From NCBI RefSeq assembly GCF_001194135.2, contig NC_068982.1:75983214-76047213 (forward strand): a DNA stretch of 64,000 nt, given 5' to 3'. The position numbers were made by a program, and so were the translations under genes. The notes beneath the pieces were generated by a model. It was not told the origin of the DNA. It saw only the letters and a program-made list of their open reading frames with translations, and searched no databases. Numbering within the stretch: position 1 is the stretch's first letter; every line of letters begins with the position of its first letter. The DNA is from Octopus bimaculoides (taxonomy: Eukaryota). Positions 12,851 through 24,654 of this stretch are shown in pieces.

Positions 12851-13175
12851 GAAGGTGTGTGGCTTTGTGGTTAGGGTATTCAACTCATGATTGTAAGGTT
12901 GTTAGTTCAATTCCTAGTGGTGTGTTGTGTCCTTGTGCAAGACACTTTATTTCACATTGCTCCAGTCCACTCAGCTGGCAAAAATGAGATGTACATGTAA
13001 TTTAACAAGCCAGCTTTGTCATATTCTGTGCCATGCTGAATCTTCCTGAGAACAGTGTTAAGGGTACATGTGTTTGTGAAGTGCTCAGACACTTGCATGT
13101 TAATTTCATGAGCAAGCTGTTCTGTTGATAAGATTAACTGGAATCTTCGGCATTGAAACTGATGGAGTGCCAGTT
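12851..13175 (+). mobile_element. tRNA-derived SINE
   Basis: A box TGGCTTTGTGG (~12860) and B box GTTCAATTCC (12905-12914); body shared with several other copies in the window. Confidence 0.8.
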
Positions 13176-13761
13176 ACCCAGTCCATTCCAACATGGAACA
13201 TAAATGTTAAATGATGATGAAGATATTAAAAAGACAAGCATTCTTATGTAGAAGTATATATTTTTTTAAAACAGAAGGGAAGGCTGCAATCATGACCTTT
13301 TACAGAGCCTCTGAAACTAGTAAGAAATAACAAGGGGGTGAAGTGAGGGTCCATCCTGAAATTGAAGATCTGGCTTGGATGCTTACAACAGAGTGGATTC
13401 CTTTAAAAACTTTCAAGATAAAAGGCGATAGTGTCAAACTGAGCAACAGATAAATGTGATTTGAACAGGAATAAATATTGCAAGGCATCCAGTCTAATGT
13501 CCTTATCATTCTGTTCGTCCACTACCACTCTGGATTGGTTCTTTATTTCAACCCTGCCAAAATGGAAGGCTAAGTTAACTGTAGCCCTGGACTGGCTAAT
13601 GGCTTCTGAGTGAATTTGGGAGATGGAAATTGTGTAGAGCCTGTCGTATGTATGTATGTATGTATGTGTTGTATTGTATGTATGTATGTATGTATTGTGT
13701 GTATGTATTGTATTGTATGTATGTATGTTTGTATTGTATGTGTGTGTGTGTGTGTGTAATG

Positions 13762-14628
13762 TACGAGGTCTGATCAATAAGTATCTGAACTTTTGCCATA
13801 GTAAGAAAGCTAAAGCATGCAGAGTGAAACTGCTTGGCAAAGATTGACCTTGAACTCTGCTGTGCATGTGCACTAGGTTTTAACGTTCTTGCTCACTTCT
13901 GTTTACAGCAGTGCTTAGAAGGAAGGTGTGTAGCATGTGATCGTCGCATTGACTACGATAGAGAAAGTTGTCATGGCGATACCTGTTCAGAGGCCTATCC
14001 AAAGTTGCAAAAAGTGTATGGAGAGGAGTGTATGAGTGGTTCAGATGTTTCCAAGATGGCTGAGTAAATGTTGATATTGACAAACATTCTGGGAGACCTG
14101 CAACCAGCAGAACTGAGAAAAACATTGCATATGCGCATGCAACTGTGAGGGGAAATCATATCACCATCCGTGAGTTATCAGGAGTGCATATTAATTATGG
14201 TTCAGTTCAGTCCATTATCACTGAAAATTTGGGTATGAGATGTGTGTCAGCCAAGTTTGTGCCAAAACTGCTTTCGGCTGACCAAAATGACATTTGGGTT
14301 TCAGTTGCCCAAGGTCTTGATTGTGCCAAGAATGATGAAAACTTTTTGAAAACTTTGCATAGGCCTCTGAGCAGTTATCGCCAAGCTCTTGGCAAAATTT
14401 GATGTAATTCTCTGATCAACTTCCTCTGTCATGGTTAATGTGATGATCACACACTACACAGCTTCCTTCCAAGCACTACTGTAAACAGCGGAAGTGAGCT
14501 AGAATGTTAAAACTTAGTGTGCATGCACACCAGAATTCAAGGTCAATCTGTGCCAAGTGGTTTCACTTTGTGTGCTTTAGCTTCATTACTATGGCAACAG
14601 TCTGGATACTTATTGATCAGACCATGTA
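13762..14628 (+). mobile_element. Mariner derivative with ~250-280 bp terminal inverted repeats (foldback)
   Basis: TA-flanked ends (tacgaggtctgatcaataagtatc / gatacttattgatcagaccatgta). Arms 13762-14006 and 14351-14628 are reverse complements. The middle encodes a transposase N-terminus: GDTCSEAYPKLQKVYGEECMS...HSGRPATSRTEKNI...TIRELS...LGMRCVSAKFVPKLLS. Confidence 0.92.
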
Positions 14629-14856
14629 TGTATATGTGTGCATGTGACTTAAAAAGTTTTACATCCTGCTAGAAATAACTGCAAAATTTCCTGCAAATCA
14701 CACTACCATTATAAATAAAGGACATGTTAAAGATTGTAGTCTCAGGTATCTCTAGCTGGTTATGGTAGGAATTCCTTTGATCATAGTTCTGCTTGTTTAG
14801 AGGTTGACTTTCTGCTGACAATATCATCAACAAAATGTTTTTCCTGTATTTTTCAG

Positions 14857-15023
14857 GTATTCTGCTTTGTAAAGAGATCTATTCCAAGTGTGGCTCAAGT
14901 TTTTCAGAGTTCAAAGCCTTTTTAGAGAAAGATGCTGACATTCAGAAGAAAGTGGCCAATGTGCGTGAGCAGGTGAAGCAATTTGCAGAAAAATTTCCAA
15001 TGCCTGGTTTGGATGACATGTAA
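14857..15023 (+). CDS. SHMT: Serine hydroxymethyltransferase, terminal coding exon
   Basis: Acceptor tatttttcag ending 14856. Translates (G)ILLCKEIYSKCGSSFSEFKAFLEKDADIQKKVANVREQVKQFAEKFPMPGLDDM, stop TAA at 15021-15023. The FPMPG C-terminus is typical of eukaryotic SHMT, and the phase matches the previous exon. Confidence 0.95.
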
Positions 15024-15361
15024 AAAGGTGTACTTGCTTCCTTCTTGTCTTAACATAATGTGCAGCAAGTACTAATGAAGTTTGGCAGATGGTAATGGTG
15101 TCTTCATGTAGCTAATGTTTTACCATTTGCTGTCAGTTTCAATCATGGTTTGGATTAGTATATATACAATGTGTTTGCCTTTGAAATGTTTGTTAACCTA
15201 TAAAATATGGAATTTCTTTATTGTTGTATCCTGTACAAAGAAGTTCCTGATTATATATTTTTTTAATCTTTTTGTTTTGATTATATTTGAATTATTATAA
15301 ATCTGATTATCTGGACCTATATTAACTCCACTCTTTCAAAATACTCATAAGTGAATACAAA

Positions 15362-15367
15362 AATAAA
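15362..15367 (+). terminator. Candidate polyadenylation signal of SHMT
   Basis: First AATAAA that I noticed after the stop codon (~340 nt downstream). Others exist (e.g. 16118-16123), so the true 3' end is undetermined. Confidence 0.3.
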
Positions 15368-16491
15368 TCCATAAGTAGGGTGAAGCTGTGTGACCCTAGT
15401 GATTAGGGTCCTCTTTTAACACCCACCCTCTTCAAAATACTCATAGGTAAATACATAAATATCTAATTAAATAGGGTGAAGTATCTAAGAAGGTTATGAC
15501 ATGTGGCCTAGTGGTTAGGATGTTAGGCTCAAGATCACAAGGTTATAGGTTTACTTCCTGGGTGTGTAGCATGTTGTGTCCTTGAGCAAGATTCTTCATT
15601 TCATGCTGTTTCTCTCAGTTGCAATATGCACCAGCCAAATCCTGGTGTGGCCCTCTATCTCTCTCTCTCTCTGGCTTTTACGTCCTTGATGTTCCACTAG
15701 TTCTAGGGTGGGAGGCCCAGGAGTGTGTCAGTGTCTGCTCATAGACTACATTCATAAGCAACTAAAATGATTGGAGCAACCATGAGACATGCAACCAAGT
15801 CATGTTTGCTCACAAATGACAACCATGGGTTTTTTTTTTATGTAGATTAATGCATAGATTTATTTGTAATTTGAAGAAATATGTAATTGAAGTTAATGGT
15901 AGATAATATCTTAAACTGATTAATTCTGTAGATCAGAATTTGCATGCAATCTTGACAAGCAGAGAAAACTTAAATATACATTTGAGAAAAGAAAATATTT
16001 TACTATTTTAACAAAAAACATTTTATGCCAAACACTCACCTTCTGTGAAATTCAATGCAAATGGTAATTATTAAAAAGAGAAAAGAACCGGCTGAAAACA
16101 AGTAAAAATATATTAAAAATAAATACGGTGGATTATTATTTTTGAAAATCTTTGTTGATACTTCTGTTACAATGTTAGTTTATAATTGTAAATGTTGAAC
16201 ACTAACCAAATTTTTAACCTTTTGGTATTCTAACTATGAAGAATTTAGTAAAATATGTCATTAGTAATCTGGTGCTTGGAACATAAATTAACATGAACTT
16301 TTCATGGGAAGTTTTAATTTGGATCATTTTAAAATGTGAATTTTGTACTATAGAATTAGGGGCAGCCTCAGATTGGATAGTGTCAAAAGGGTTTACTGTA
16401 TTTGATGCTATATATGATGCACTTCAAAAAAAAATTGTTGAAATAAGTCACCCCCGGTCCTATATGTGAAGCTGGATTTATGTTTCATGCT

Positions 16492-16712
16492 TTAACCCTT
16501 TAGCATTTAAACCAGCCATATCCAGCCCAAATATTCTACCTGTTTTATGTTCAAGCTGGTCAGATCTAGCCTCTCACACCAACCCTACAGTGTCATTCCA
16601 AAATTAGACAATCACATTGAAATCTCAAAGCTATGAAATAATGCTGGATTAATTCAAAACAATGTGAAAAAATAAGCATAACATTTGACAGAGTAATCTG
16701 CTAAAGGGTTAA
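16492..16712. mobile_element. piggyBac-type MITE with intact TTAA target-site duplication
   Basis: TTAA (16492-16495) CCCTTTAGCA ... TGCTAAAGGG TTAA (16709-16712): perfect 10-bp TIR, 213 bp between the TSDs. Confidence 0.9.
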
Positions 16713-17029
16713 TGCACTTGAAAATTTTTCCAGGAAAGTGCACTGCTGAAATTGAGGTGCATCTGATGTACCTGTGTGTCATTTATGCCATCAAATACGA
16801 TATGTGCAGTTGATGATGATTAATTACATAACTGCAGTGATTGAAATTCTTATGCAATTAGCTGAATTCTCATTGTGGGTGATAAACTGAGATATCAGTC
16901 ATGTAATTGTTGATGTTCTGTGATTTTTTTTTTGTAGCTGAGTATTGTGAATCTTAGATAAAATAAAAATCTGTCCAACATTTTAATTTGTTTTCTCAGA
17001 ATCTTTCCACTGTTAATGGAGCAAGTCTA

Positions 17030-17720
17030 ATATCTGTTTTCAAGGCAGGGTTATACGTTATCATCTTCATAATTATCATTATTTTCTTCATTTTCATCAT
17101 CATCATCTTCATCCTGAATCATCATTCACGAATGAGGAGACCAGTTCATCTATTGTTATGGTGTAAGTCTCTAGATCTTCAGCATGGATCACATTCTTCT
17201 GTTATCATGACAAGACTGGCCAATACATCTTCCGCTGTAAAACCATCCCTTGTGCCAGAAGCAATTGATGATTGTGAGAGTCTGATGATTGTTCCACAAT
17301 TTAATGTAACCTTTATGCTTGTGAGGGTCTTTTAGTCTTGTTTGAGGGCAAGATGCTTCCCTAGTAATGATACAATGATAAAAGTACCCAGTACACTCTG
17401 TAAAGTGGTTGGTGTTAAGAAAGGCATCCAGCCATAGAAGTCATGTCAGCAATGAAAAAATGAGATGCAGTCTTCTGTCTCATTTAGACGAGCAGTGTCC
17501 CTTGAATACTTGAATATGTGTTGACCCAGTCTGTGGCAATCTATCCAACCCATTCCAGTTTGGAAAGAAATGGCGATGAGGACCGGTCTTTAGGGCAAGG
17601 GTACCATCTGGAAGGGCTCTGTAGTACAGTCTAGTTTCATATACCTTGTAGTTGTCATTAGAGCTGTTGGTCAGATTTTGAGGATCTTGGGTGTAAACTA
17701 TCTTTTCACACATTTTATCT
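17030..17720 (-). mobile_element. Tigger/pogo-like transposase remnant, with a LINE/SINE tail inserted at ~17380-17470
   Basis: YETRLYYRALPDGTLALK resembles the pogo/TIGD motif NxDETGLYYRALPDxTLA. IKLWNNHQTLTIINCFWHKGWF resembles AWxxVxxxTIxNCFxKAGF. It is followed by EDLETYTITIDELVSSF and an acidic tail DEDDDDENEE. Confidence 0.7.
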
Positions 17721-18052
17721 ACAATAAAGATTGAGAAAATATCTCATGCAAATAAATTTTTTGGTTAAATGTGTATGTAATTAAACAGTCAATTTAGTAT
17801 AGACATGAAGTTAAATAGGTGGGTATTTAGGAAAGTTATACAATTAGCTGAATTTTGTAATTAATCAGAATTGACCACACCACTTATCCAATTTGCAAAA
17901 TAATTTTTTTCATAGATAAAAGGCCTCAGATTTTTATGGGGGTGGAGAAATGAGATTCTGTTTGAAGGTCCTCTCTGACACCTCATCACCACTTCTATCA
18001 CTCCTCTGCTTCGGAAATGTTGCTGTCCTGCACTGGCCCTTTCATATCCCTC

Positions 18053-20600
18053 TCCTTATTTATCATCATCGTTTAACATCCGCTTTCCTTGCTGGCATGG
18101 GTTGGACGATTTGACTGAGGACTGCCAAGCCAGTAGGCTGCAGCAAGCTCCAATCTGATCTGGTAAGGTTTCTACAGCTGTATGACCTTCCTAACACCAA
18201 CCACTCTGAGAATATAGTGGGTGCTGCTTACGTGCCACTGGCATGGGAGCCAGTCAGGGGGAATCGGCATCGACCACGTTCGGATGGTGCTAATTACGTG
18301 CCATTGGTAGGTTGCCAGTCAGTAGGAACTGGCATCGACCACGTTCAGATGGTGCATTTTGTTATGTGCCACTGGCACAGGAGCCAGTCAGGGGGCACTG
18401 GCATCGACCACTTTTGCATGGTGCTTTTTACGTGCCACCAGCACAGGGAGCCAGTCAAGAGGCACAAGCATCGACCCACACTCGAATGGTGCTTATTACA
18501 TACCACCAGCACGGGTGCCAGTCAGGTGGCACTGGCCACAACTACGATTTTGATTTCACATGACTCAACAGGTCTTCTCAAGCACATGATATTTCCCGGC
18601 GATTCAAGGGTACTTTCAAATGGGCTGGTTATGCAACACTGGCATCGGCTACGGCTGTGATCTCATTTTACTTGCCGGGTCTTCTCAATCACAACATACC
18701 TCCAAAAGTCTTGGTCTCTTCACCACCTCATCCCATGTCTTCCTGAGTTTACTTCTTCCACAGGTTCCTTCCACTGTAAGGGTGTGATACTTCTTCACAC
18801 AGCTCTCCTCATCCATACGCAACACATGGCCTTACCAGCGTAGTCGTCTCTCTTGTACACTACATCTGATGCTTCTTATGTCCAATTTTTCTCTCAGGGC
18901 ACTTAAACTCTGTCGTGTATGCACACTGACATTACACATCCAGCGGATCATACTAACTTCATTTCTTTCATGTCCTCAACTGTCATGGCCCATGTTTTAC
19001 TGCCGTGTAGCATGGCAGTTCGCACACATGCGTCATACAGTCTACCTTTCACTGAGCGAGAGGCCCTTTCTTGCCAGCAGAGGTAGGAGCTTTCTGAACT
19101 TTGCCCAGGCTATTCTTATTCTAGCAGCTATGCTCTCAGAGCACCCCACCACTACAGACTTGGTCACCTAGGTAGCAGAAGCTATATCAACTACTATCTA
19201 AAGCATCACCATTACCATTGTAGCAGTTGACTATGGTGTTGCTACACCAGTCATTGAGAAATAACTACAAGGGTATCAAATTGTTGGATCAGGTGATGAA
19301 TGTCACAGAGAGTTAGCCTAGATAAGATACAGTTTGATTTTGTCCTTGGCAAAAGCACCACTGATGCTATATTTCTGGTAAGGCAACTGCAGGAGATATA
19401 CCTAGTCAAAGATAAACCTCTGTATTTGGCTTTTATTGACTGGGAGAAGCTTTTGACAGGTTCCCTCGATCCCTCATCTAGTGGTAAGTGGGGAAAATAA
19501 GGATAGACGAGTGGTTGGTAAGAGCTGTACAAGCCCTGTGCAGGAATGCTGTCAATAAAGTGAGGGTTGGCAACGAGTATAGTGAAGAATTCAGGGTTGA
19601 AGTAGGGGTTCATTAAGGATGTTCCTAAATCTCTTGACCATGCGGAGGGTTCTTAAGCTTCCAAATCCTTCTTTTCCAGATTGGTCTGCTTCTTGGCATC
19701 CTTCTGGTCTCGAGTTTAAAGTCACTAATAACTAGCCTATGCTGGGAGGTACATTCTTCAACAGGCAGGGTCTTTGTATTTAAGAGCAATCATGCATCCT
19801 GCTGTATGGTGAGAATGAAATCAATCTGGCTAGCAGAGTCACCTGATTGATAGGTTATGAGGTGGCCGGCTGGCTTCCTGAAGTTTGTAGATCAAAAGGT
19901 TATTTGCATCACAGAACTCAAGGAGCCTAGTTCCCTCTTCGTTTCGGGAACCAATTCCATGTATACCATGGAAGATACCAGGTTGCCCTCCGACATGCCC
20001 ATTAAAATCTGCAGCCACAAAGATGAGATCATTGTCACTCGTCTTTGATGTAGCCAGCAGAAGAATATCATAAAAGTGGTCCTGTTCATTTGGTAGTCCT
20101 GCTTGTGGGGTGTAGGTAGAAATAATTGTAGCTATACCATTCTGTAAGACTAGCTTGAGTTTAAACACTGTGTCGCACACTCTGACTACCTTTATGACCT
20201 TATCTACCCATTTCTCTGCAAGAAGTATGCCCACACCCCCTACTCCGTCACTACCTCCCCAGAAGATTTTATACCTATGTGCATTGCCTGTAAGGACCCT
20301 GGCTGAAACTCTTCACCTTACCTCTTGTATGCAGCATACATCAACACGCCTCCGTTCAAGCATCTCTACAATCTCGCTAGACCTACATTTCAATGTGCCT
20401 ACATTTACAGTGCCAACTCTGAAAACTGGGGAAGGGATGTGGGAGGAAACAAAGGAAGGAGAGATGTTATTCAGCACCTGAAAAGGTTTCCGTGTCGTTT
20501 GATAGACGTGTCACATCGGTTCTTCTCGCTTTTAACCTATCGTCATTCAAACATGTTAAAATTGTTGCCTCTACTGCGGGATGAGAGTAAGGAAGCATTG
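18053..20600 (-). mobile_element. RTE-clade LINE, rearranged: endonuclease, inverted RT block, C-terminus, repeat-containing 3' UTR and (GAT)n tail
   Basis: Minus strand carries the APE domain FRVGTVNVGTLK...DVCCIQEVR...VGILLAEKW...DFNGHVG...RNEEGTRLLEFC, and the C-terminus FCYLGDQV...AWAKFRKLLPLL...WMCNVS...RWxGHVLRM. The plus-strand block 19255-19620 carries RT motifs NNYKGIKLL, QFDFVLGKSTTDAIF, AFIDWEK and VGVH. Confidence 0.92.
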
Positions 20601-20619
20601 TAAATGAAAGTATTTTGGG

Positions 20620-20997
20620 TGTTGTAAATATAAGCGTTATGAGCATTGTACATATAAGTGTTACTGATACTGCAGATATAAATATGAGTAAAAAAATGAA
20701 TATATGCCAATGTTAAATTAAGTAAGTGGGCTGCTAACTGTTTGGATTAATCCAGAGCGAGAGAAAGGAGAGTAGGGCGAGATTATCGATACCAGTACGA
20801 GAGAGGGGATTTCAGGTAAGTGCAATGGGGTGTCCTGTAAGAGAAACGAGATTTCTTGGAAAGGATGGGCGCAACCACGTACAAGAAAGAATTATTTTAG
20901 AGAACAGTACGAACAAGAATTATTTTTAAGAGAAGTGCTAACAAGAAAATTTAGGGTTTGAGAGAGCTCTTTAGTCTTGCCGAGAGCCAAGACAACA
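20620..20997. mobile_element. Possible solo LTR
   Basis: 378 bp bounded by TGTTGT...ACAACA (TG..CA, 6-bp inverted ends). No target-site duplication is recognisable. Confidence 0.35.
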
Positions 20998-21289
20998 TTT
21001 ATTGTGCTGGTGCCTCATAAAAATGCACTTCGTACACTCTGTAAATTAGCCAATATTAAGAAGGGCATCCAGCAATAGAAACCATGTCAAAACTGCGACC
21101 TTAGAGCACAGCGTGGCCCTTTGGCTCATCGCTTACTGTGAAACCAATCAGTCCGAACCAACATGGAAAATGGAGGTAAAATGGCATTAATAAGTAAAAT
21201 ACTCGGTTTACACGTCTTCGCTGGATATATATATGTATGTATGCATGCATGCATGCATGCATGTATGTATGTTGTTTGATGTTTGACTC

Positions 21290-21347
21290 AGCTCCTTGAT
21301 AGTTTCGTAGGCGCGTTGGACATGTCCATGTCATCAGAAGCTTGGAG
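21290..21347 (-). ncRNA. Degenerate hammerhead-ribozyme-like motif
   Basis: Minus strand: CTT-CTGATGA-C-ATGG..15nt..CTAC-GAAA-CTA-TC-AAG. Core is intact; stem II base and stem III are decayed. Confidence 0.4.
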
Positions 21348-24265
21348 CAGAGCGGAAAGTTTGAGAGAAATTCAAGAAAGCCTCACGGTGTTTAGGCTTC
21401 CGATAGTCAGCTCAGTTCACGAATTCAACCTATGGAAGTAACTTTATATATATATATATATATATCCCAAATAGAGACGAACACCTATGCTCCATGTGAT
21501 AGGCTAGAATATTGTTGAAGACTTCCTTGACATGAAATCAATGGTAACCTTAAAACAAAAATCTTTATCCACCAATGCGGTGTTGAGCACTCATTCTCTT
21601 TGTTCGATATTTACACACACACACACACACAAACACTCAATGTTGTAGTTACTACTTATCTCTTACACCATCCTAACTTCATATATATCGACTTCAGACT
21701 TGATACACAGAAGATTAAAGAAAAGATTATAATTTCGTGTATTACTTTTGAAGCAGATTTCTGAAATTCACATCCAAAATAATACATTTTATGTGAGCAT
21801 GAATATCATAACGATGGCAGAGTTGTGTATTTTTGTTGTTATAGTTGTTTATTCTGTGGTCAAACGTTTTCGTAACCTTTCATATTCGACTCATCATCTC
21901 GTTCGGTAATTTCTAAATTTACTTCTTCTAAGGAACTTTGTTAGATCTTTATCAGATCTTTTGTTTGTTAAATGTAGTCGGTGAAATAGGAATAGTTCTT
22001 TTAATCTTTTCAAGACTTCTTAGACTAATGAATAATAATAATAAAAAAAAAAAAGGATGGAGGTTGGGGATAAGTAGGTGAGGGAAGTTAATCCATTCGA
22101 TAGATTATTGTTATTAGTAAAACTGAGAATGGTAATAGCAATGTTCTACTTGAATATTTGTTCTCTGCAAGTTTATTATTTAGTGGGTTATATTTTATTG
22201 GTTTCAACATCGGTGCAGGCGAAGCCGGGTGTGTTAGGAGCTTGCTTTGCAACCATGTGCTTTCTAATTCGCGTTCAGTCCCATTGCGTAGCTCCAGGCC
22301 GATCAAAAACCTTGTGAGTGAATTTAGTAGATGAAACCTGAAGGAAGCCCGTCGTATATGTGCGCGCGCGTGTCTCGCCTTGACAGTGTATGATACTTGT
22401 AAATGATGGTCACTGTCATACAAGCCGTGTCTGAACAGACATCTGACCAGAGAGAAATTTTGACGTCATGTGGTGGTTACAAACGAGCATAATCATCCTA
22501 CAAGTGATGTTCATTTCCAGTGCTCCGTGAAAAACGCGTCTGGTTATGGGGAAATGTTACCATGTTTGGAAACAGGTGAGGGCTGGCGACAGGGGGGCCA
22601 TCCGGACGAGAAAAAAAACTACCCCAACAAAATTCTAAGCCATACATGCTAATGATGATGATGATGATGATGACATCAATCACTAGCTGTAAACGATCTC
22701 GTCGCTCACGTGAAACAGCTACACGAGTGTGCTTAATTGCATATGTGTACATTGTTTGTTTCAACATCAACTCTCAGTTTTCATTCTAATTTATAGCTGT
22801 TTCTTCTGTTACGGGTGATGCTTGTCTGGTATCATTCTATCTAACATTGGACATCATCTCGTTTGTCAAATGCTTAGCATTCATAAACAGATTCTCTTGG
22901 TAAGAACCACTTACAAACTGATAGCATGTGTTTTTCCAATTAGATTTTCATCTCAAGCTACTGCAATCTCCAGCTGTAACTGTTACAGCTCGGTATTGGT
23001 TTTGTGTGTGTGTGTGTATACTCACACACACACAACGTTGATTTATGTGTGGTCTAGTGCTTGTGTTTATTGGTTTTTCATGGGTTGTATACGTTATTTC
23101 TGTAGTGGGGTATTTGTATTTCTAGTAATCGTAGGAGGGGGTGTCATTTATTTGTTTATGGTTTCTTGGTGGGGGATGTTTTTGTTTATCATTTTATTGC
23201 GTGCGTGTATGTGTGTGTGTCTGTGTAAGGAGTTTAAATGAACGTTTTGAATTGGTTTATTTGAAAGTGAAAGTAATTAAGGGTGTGTTCTGTTAGCTAT
23301 ATTTCTAATGAACGGTGCTTTACACGGTAGAATTATTTTTGGGTGGAGATTGTTTTATAAGAATATCTTTTGGTGGTGGGGATTGTTTTGGACAAATAAG
23401 TGTGTGTGGCAATTTGTATTTCTTTAGAATTTGAAACTTCCTCAAAGAAACATGTGTATGGATAGATGGATACGTGAGTGTGTCTAGTTGGTGTGTTAGT
23501 GTCTTGATTTGGGTACTTGGTCAGTGGTAAAGGGACAAAAAATGTGTGGGGTGGTATTGGTTATGACTGGTGATATATTTTAATGAATGTATGGACAAAA
23601 TTAAATGTGTGGGAACCACTGATCATGTATCCAAATCCGGTGCTTTCATAATTTTGCCAACCTACCACCTGGGATTGGTACTGAAAAAAAAAGAAAAGCC
23701 CTAAAAAACAATGATCTTAAAAAATTACCACTAAATATAACAATCAAGCTGATACACCAAGAACCTCTAATCCTGCTATTTTACATCAATTCCCTTTTGG
23801 CTACATAAAGTACCATTAAGGACAAACTGTATTTCGTGCAAGTTTGGATTATTAATTATCTTCTTACTGCATTATTACTCGACTTCAAAGTTTGTTAATC
23901 CTAATGTACCAACTGTTGTTTGAAAATTTAAAATTATTTTCTTGGTTTAGAAATTTCAATTTTAAACTCTTTTAAGATGGTTGTTGTATCTAAATTTTCT
24001 TCTGTTGAAACATAATTCCATGGTGGATAGTCTCCTCTTTTAATGAACATGATCTCTTCTTTAACAATATGTTGTTTTAATCACTTAACAGGTGCATACA
24101 ATGAGAATGAAAAAGGAGAGTGTGAGTGATAGAGAATGACTGTCTCCACATCTCCTAGCCTATATATATATATATACGTAACAACAAAAGAATGAGACCT
24201 CGATATTAGAAATAGAGGATTATATTTGTTATAATTTAGAACAAACTAAAAGGTTGTCATTATAG

Positions 24266-24319
24266 TAATCGGAGTTTCGAATGTCGGAGCAAAGAGCTGC
24301 GATACATTCTCATCGACTA
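24266..24319 (-). ncRNA. Degenerate hammerhead-like motif (first core segment truncated)
   Basis: Minus strand: TAGTCG-ATGA-GAATGT..19nt..ACATTC-GAAA-C-TC-CGATTA. Stems I and II are both 6 bp, but CTG of CTGATGA is missing. Confidence 0.4.
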
Positions 24320-24563
24320 ATAATGGCAACAGACGCTATGAAAAACCGTTGAATAAAGGGAAGTTACTTTAATAGGTAGAAAAAGGGCAAAGAAAAAAGA
24401 TTAAAAATACACGCAACCATATTCTCACAATACATAGACATAAACTTCCTTCGTTCACAACGTCTACATAGGTACACACTCACACAAATATGTATACGTA
24501 CATTCACATACACACACGAACATGTATGTACGTACTCATACATACACACATATCCACGCACAC

Positions 24564-24654
<91 letters not shown>

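Noticed and set aside
12851-12920. tRNA-like A and B boxes here and at several other sites
   Set aside because: They are SINE heads joined to repeat bodies, with no complete cloverleaf, so no tRNA gene is called.
17205-17270. CFWHKGWFYSGRC resembling the folate-receptor motif NWHKGW, tempting next to a folate enzyme
   Set aside because: Cys spacing and flanking sequence do not fit; better explained as the Tigger motif TIxNCFxKAGF.
17480-17718. Terminal exon of a host gene convergent with SHMT
   Set aside because: The peptide matches a pogo/Tigger DDE motif, and the downstream sequence continues as a Tigger C-terminus.
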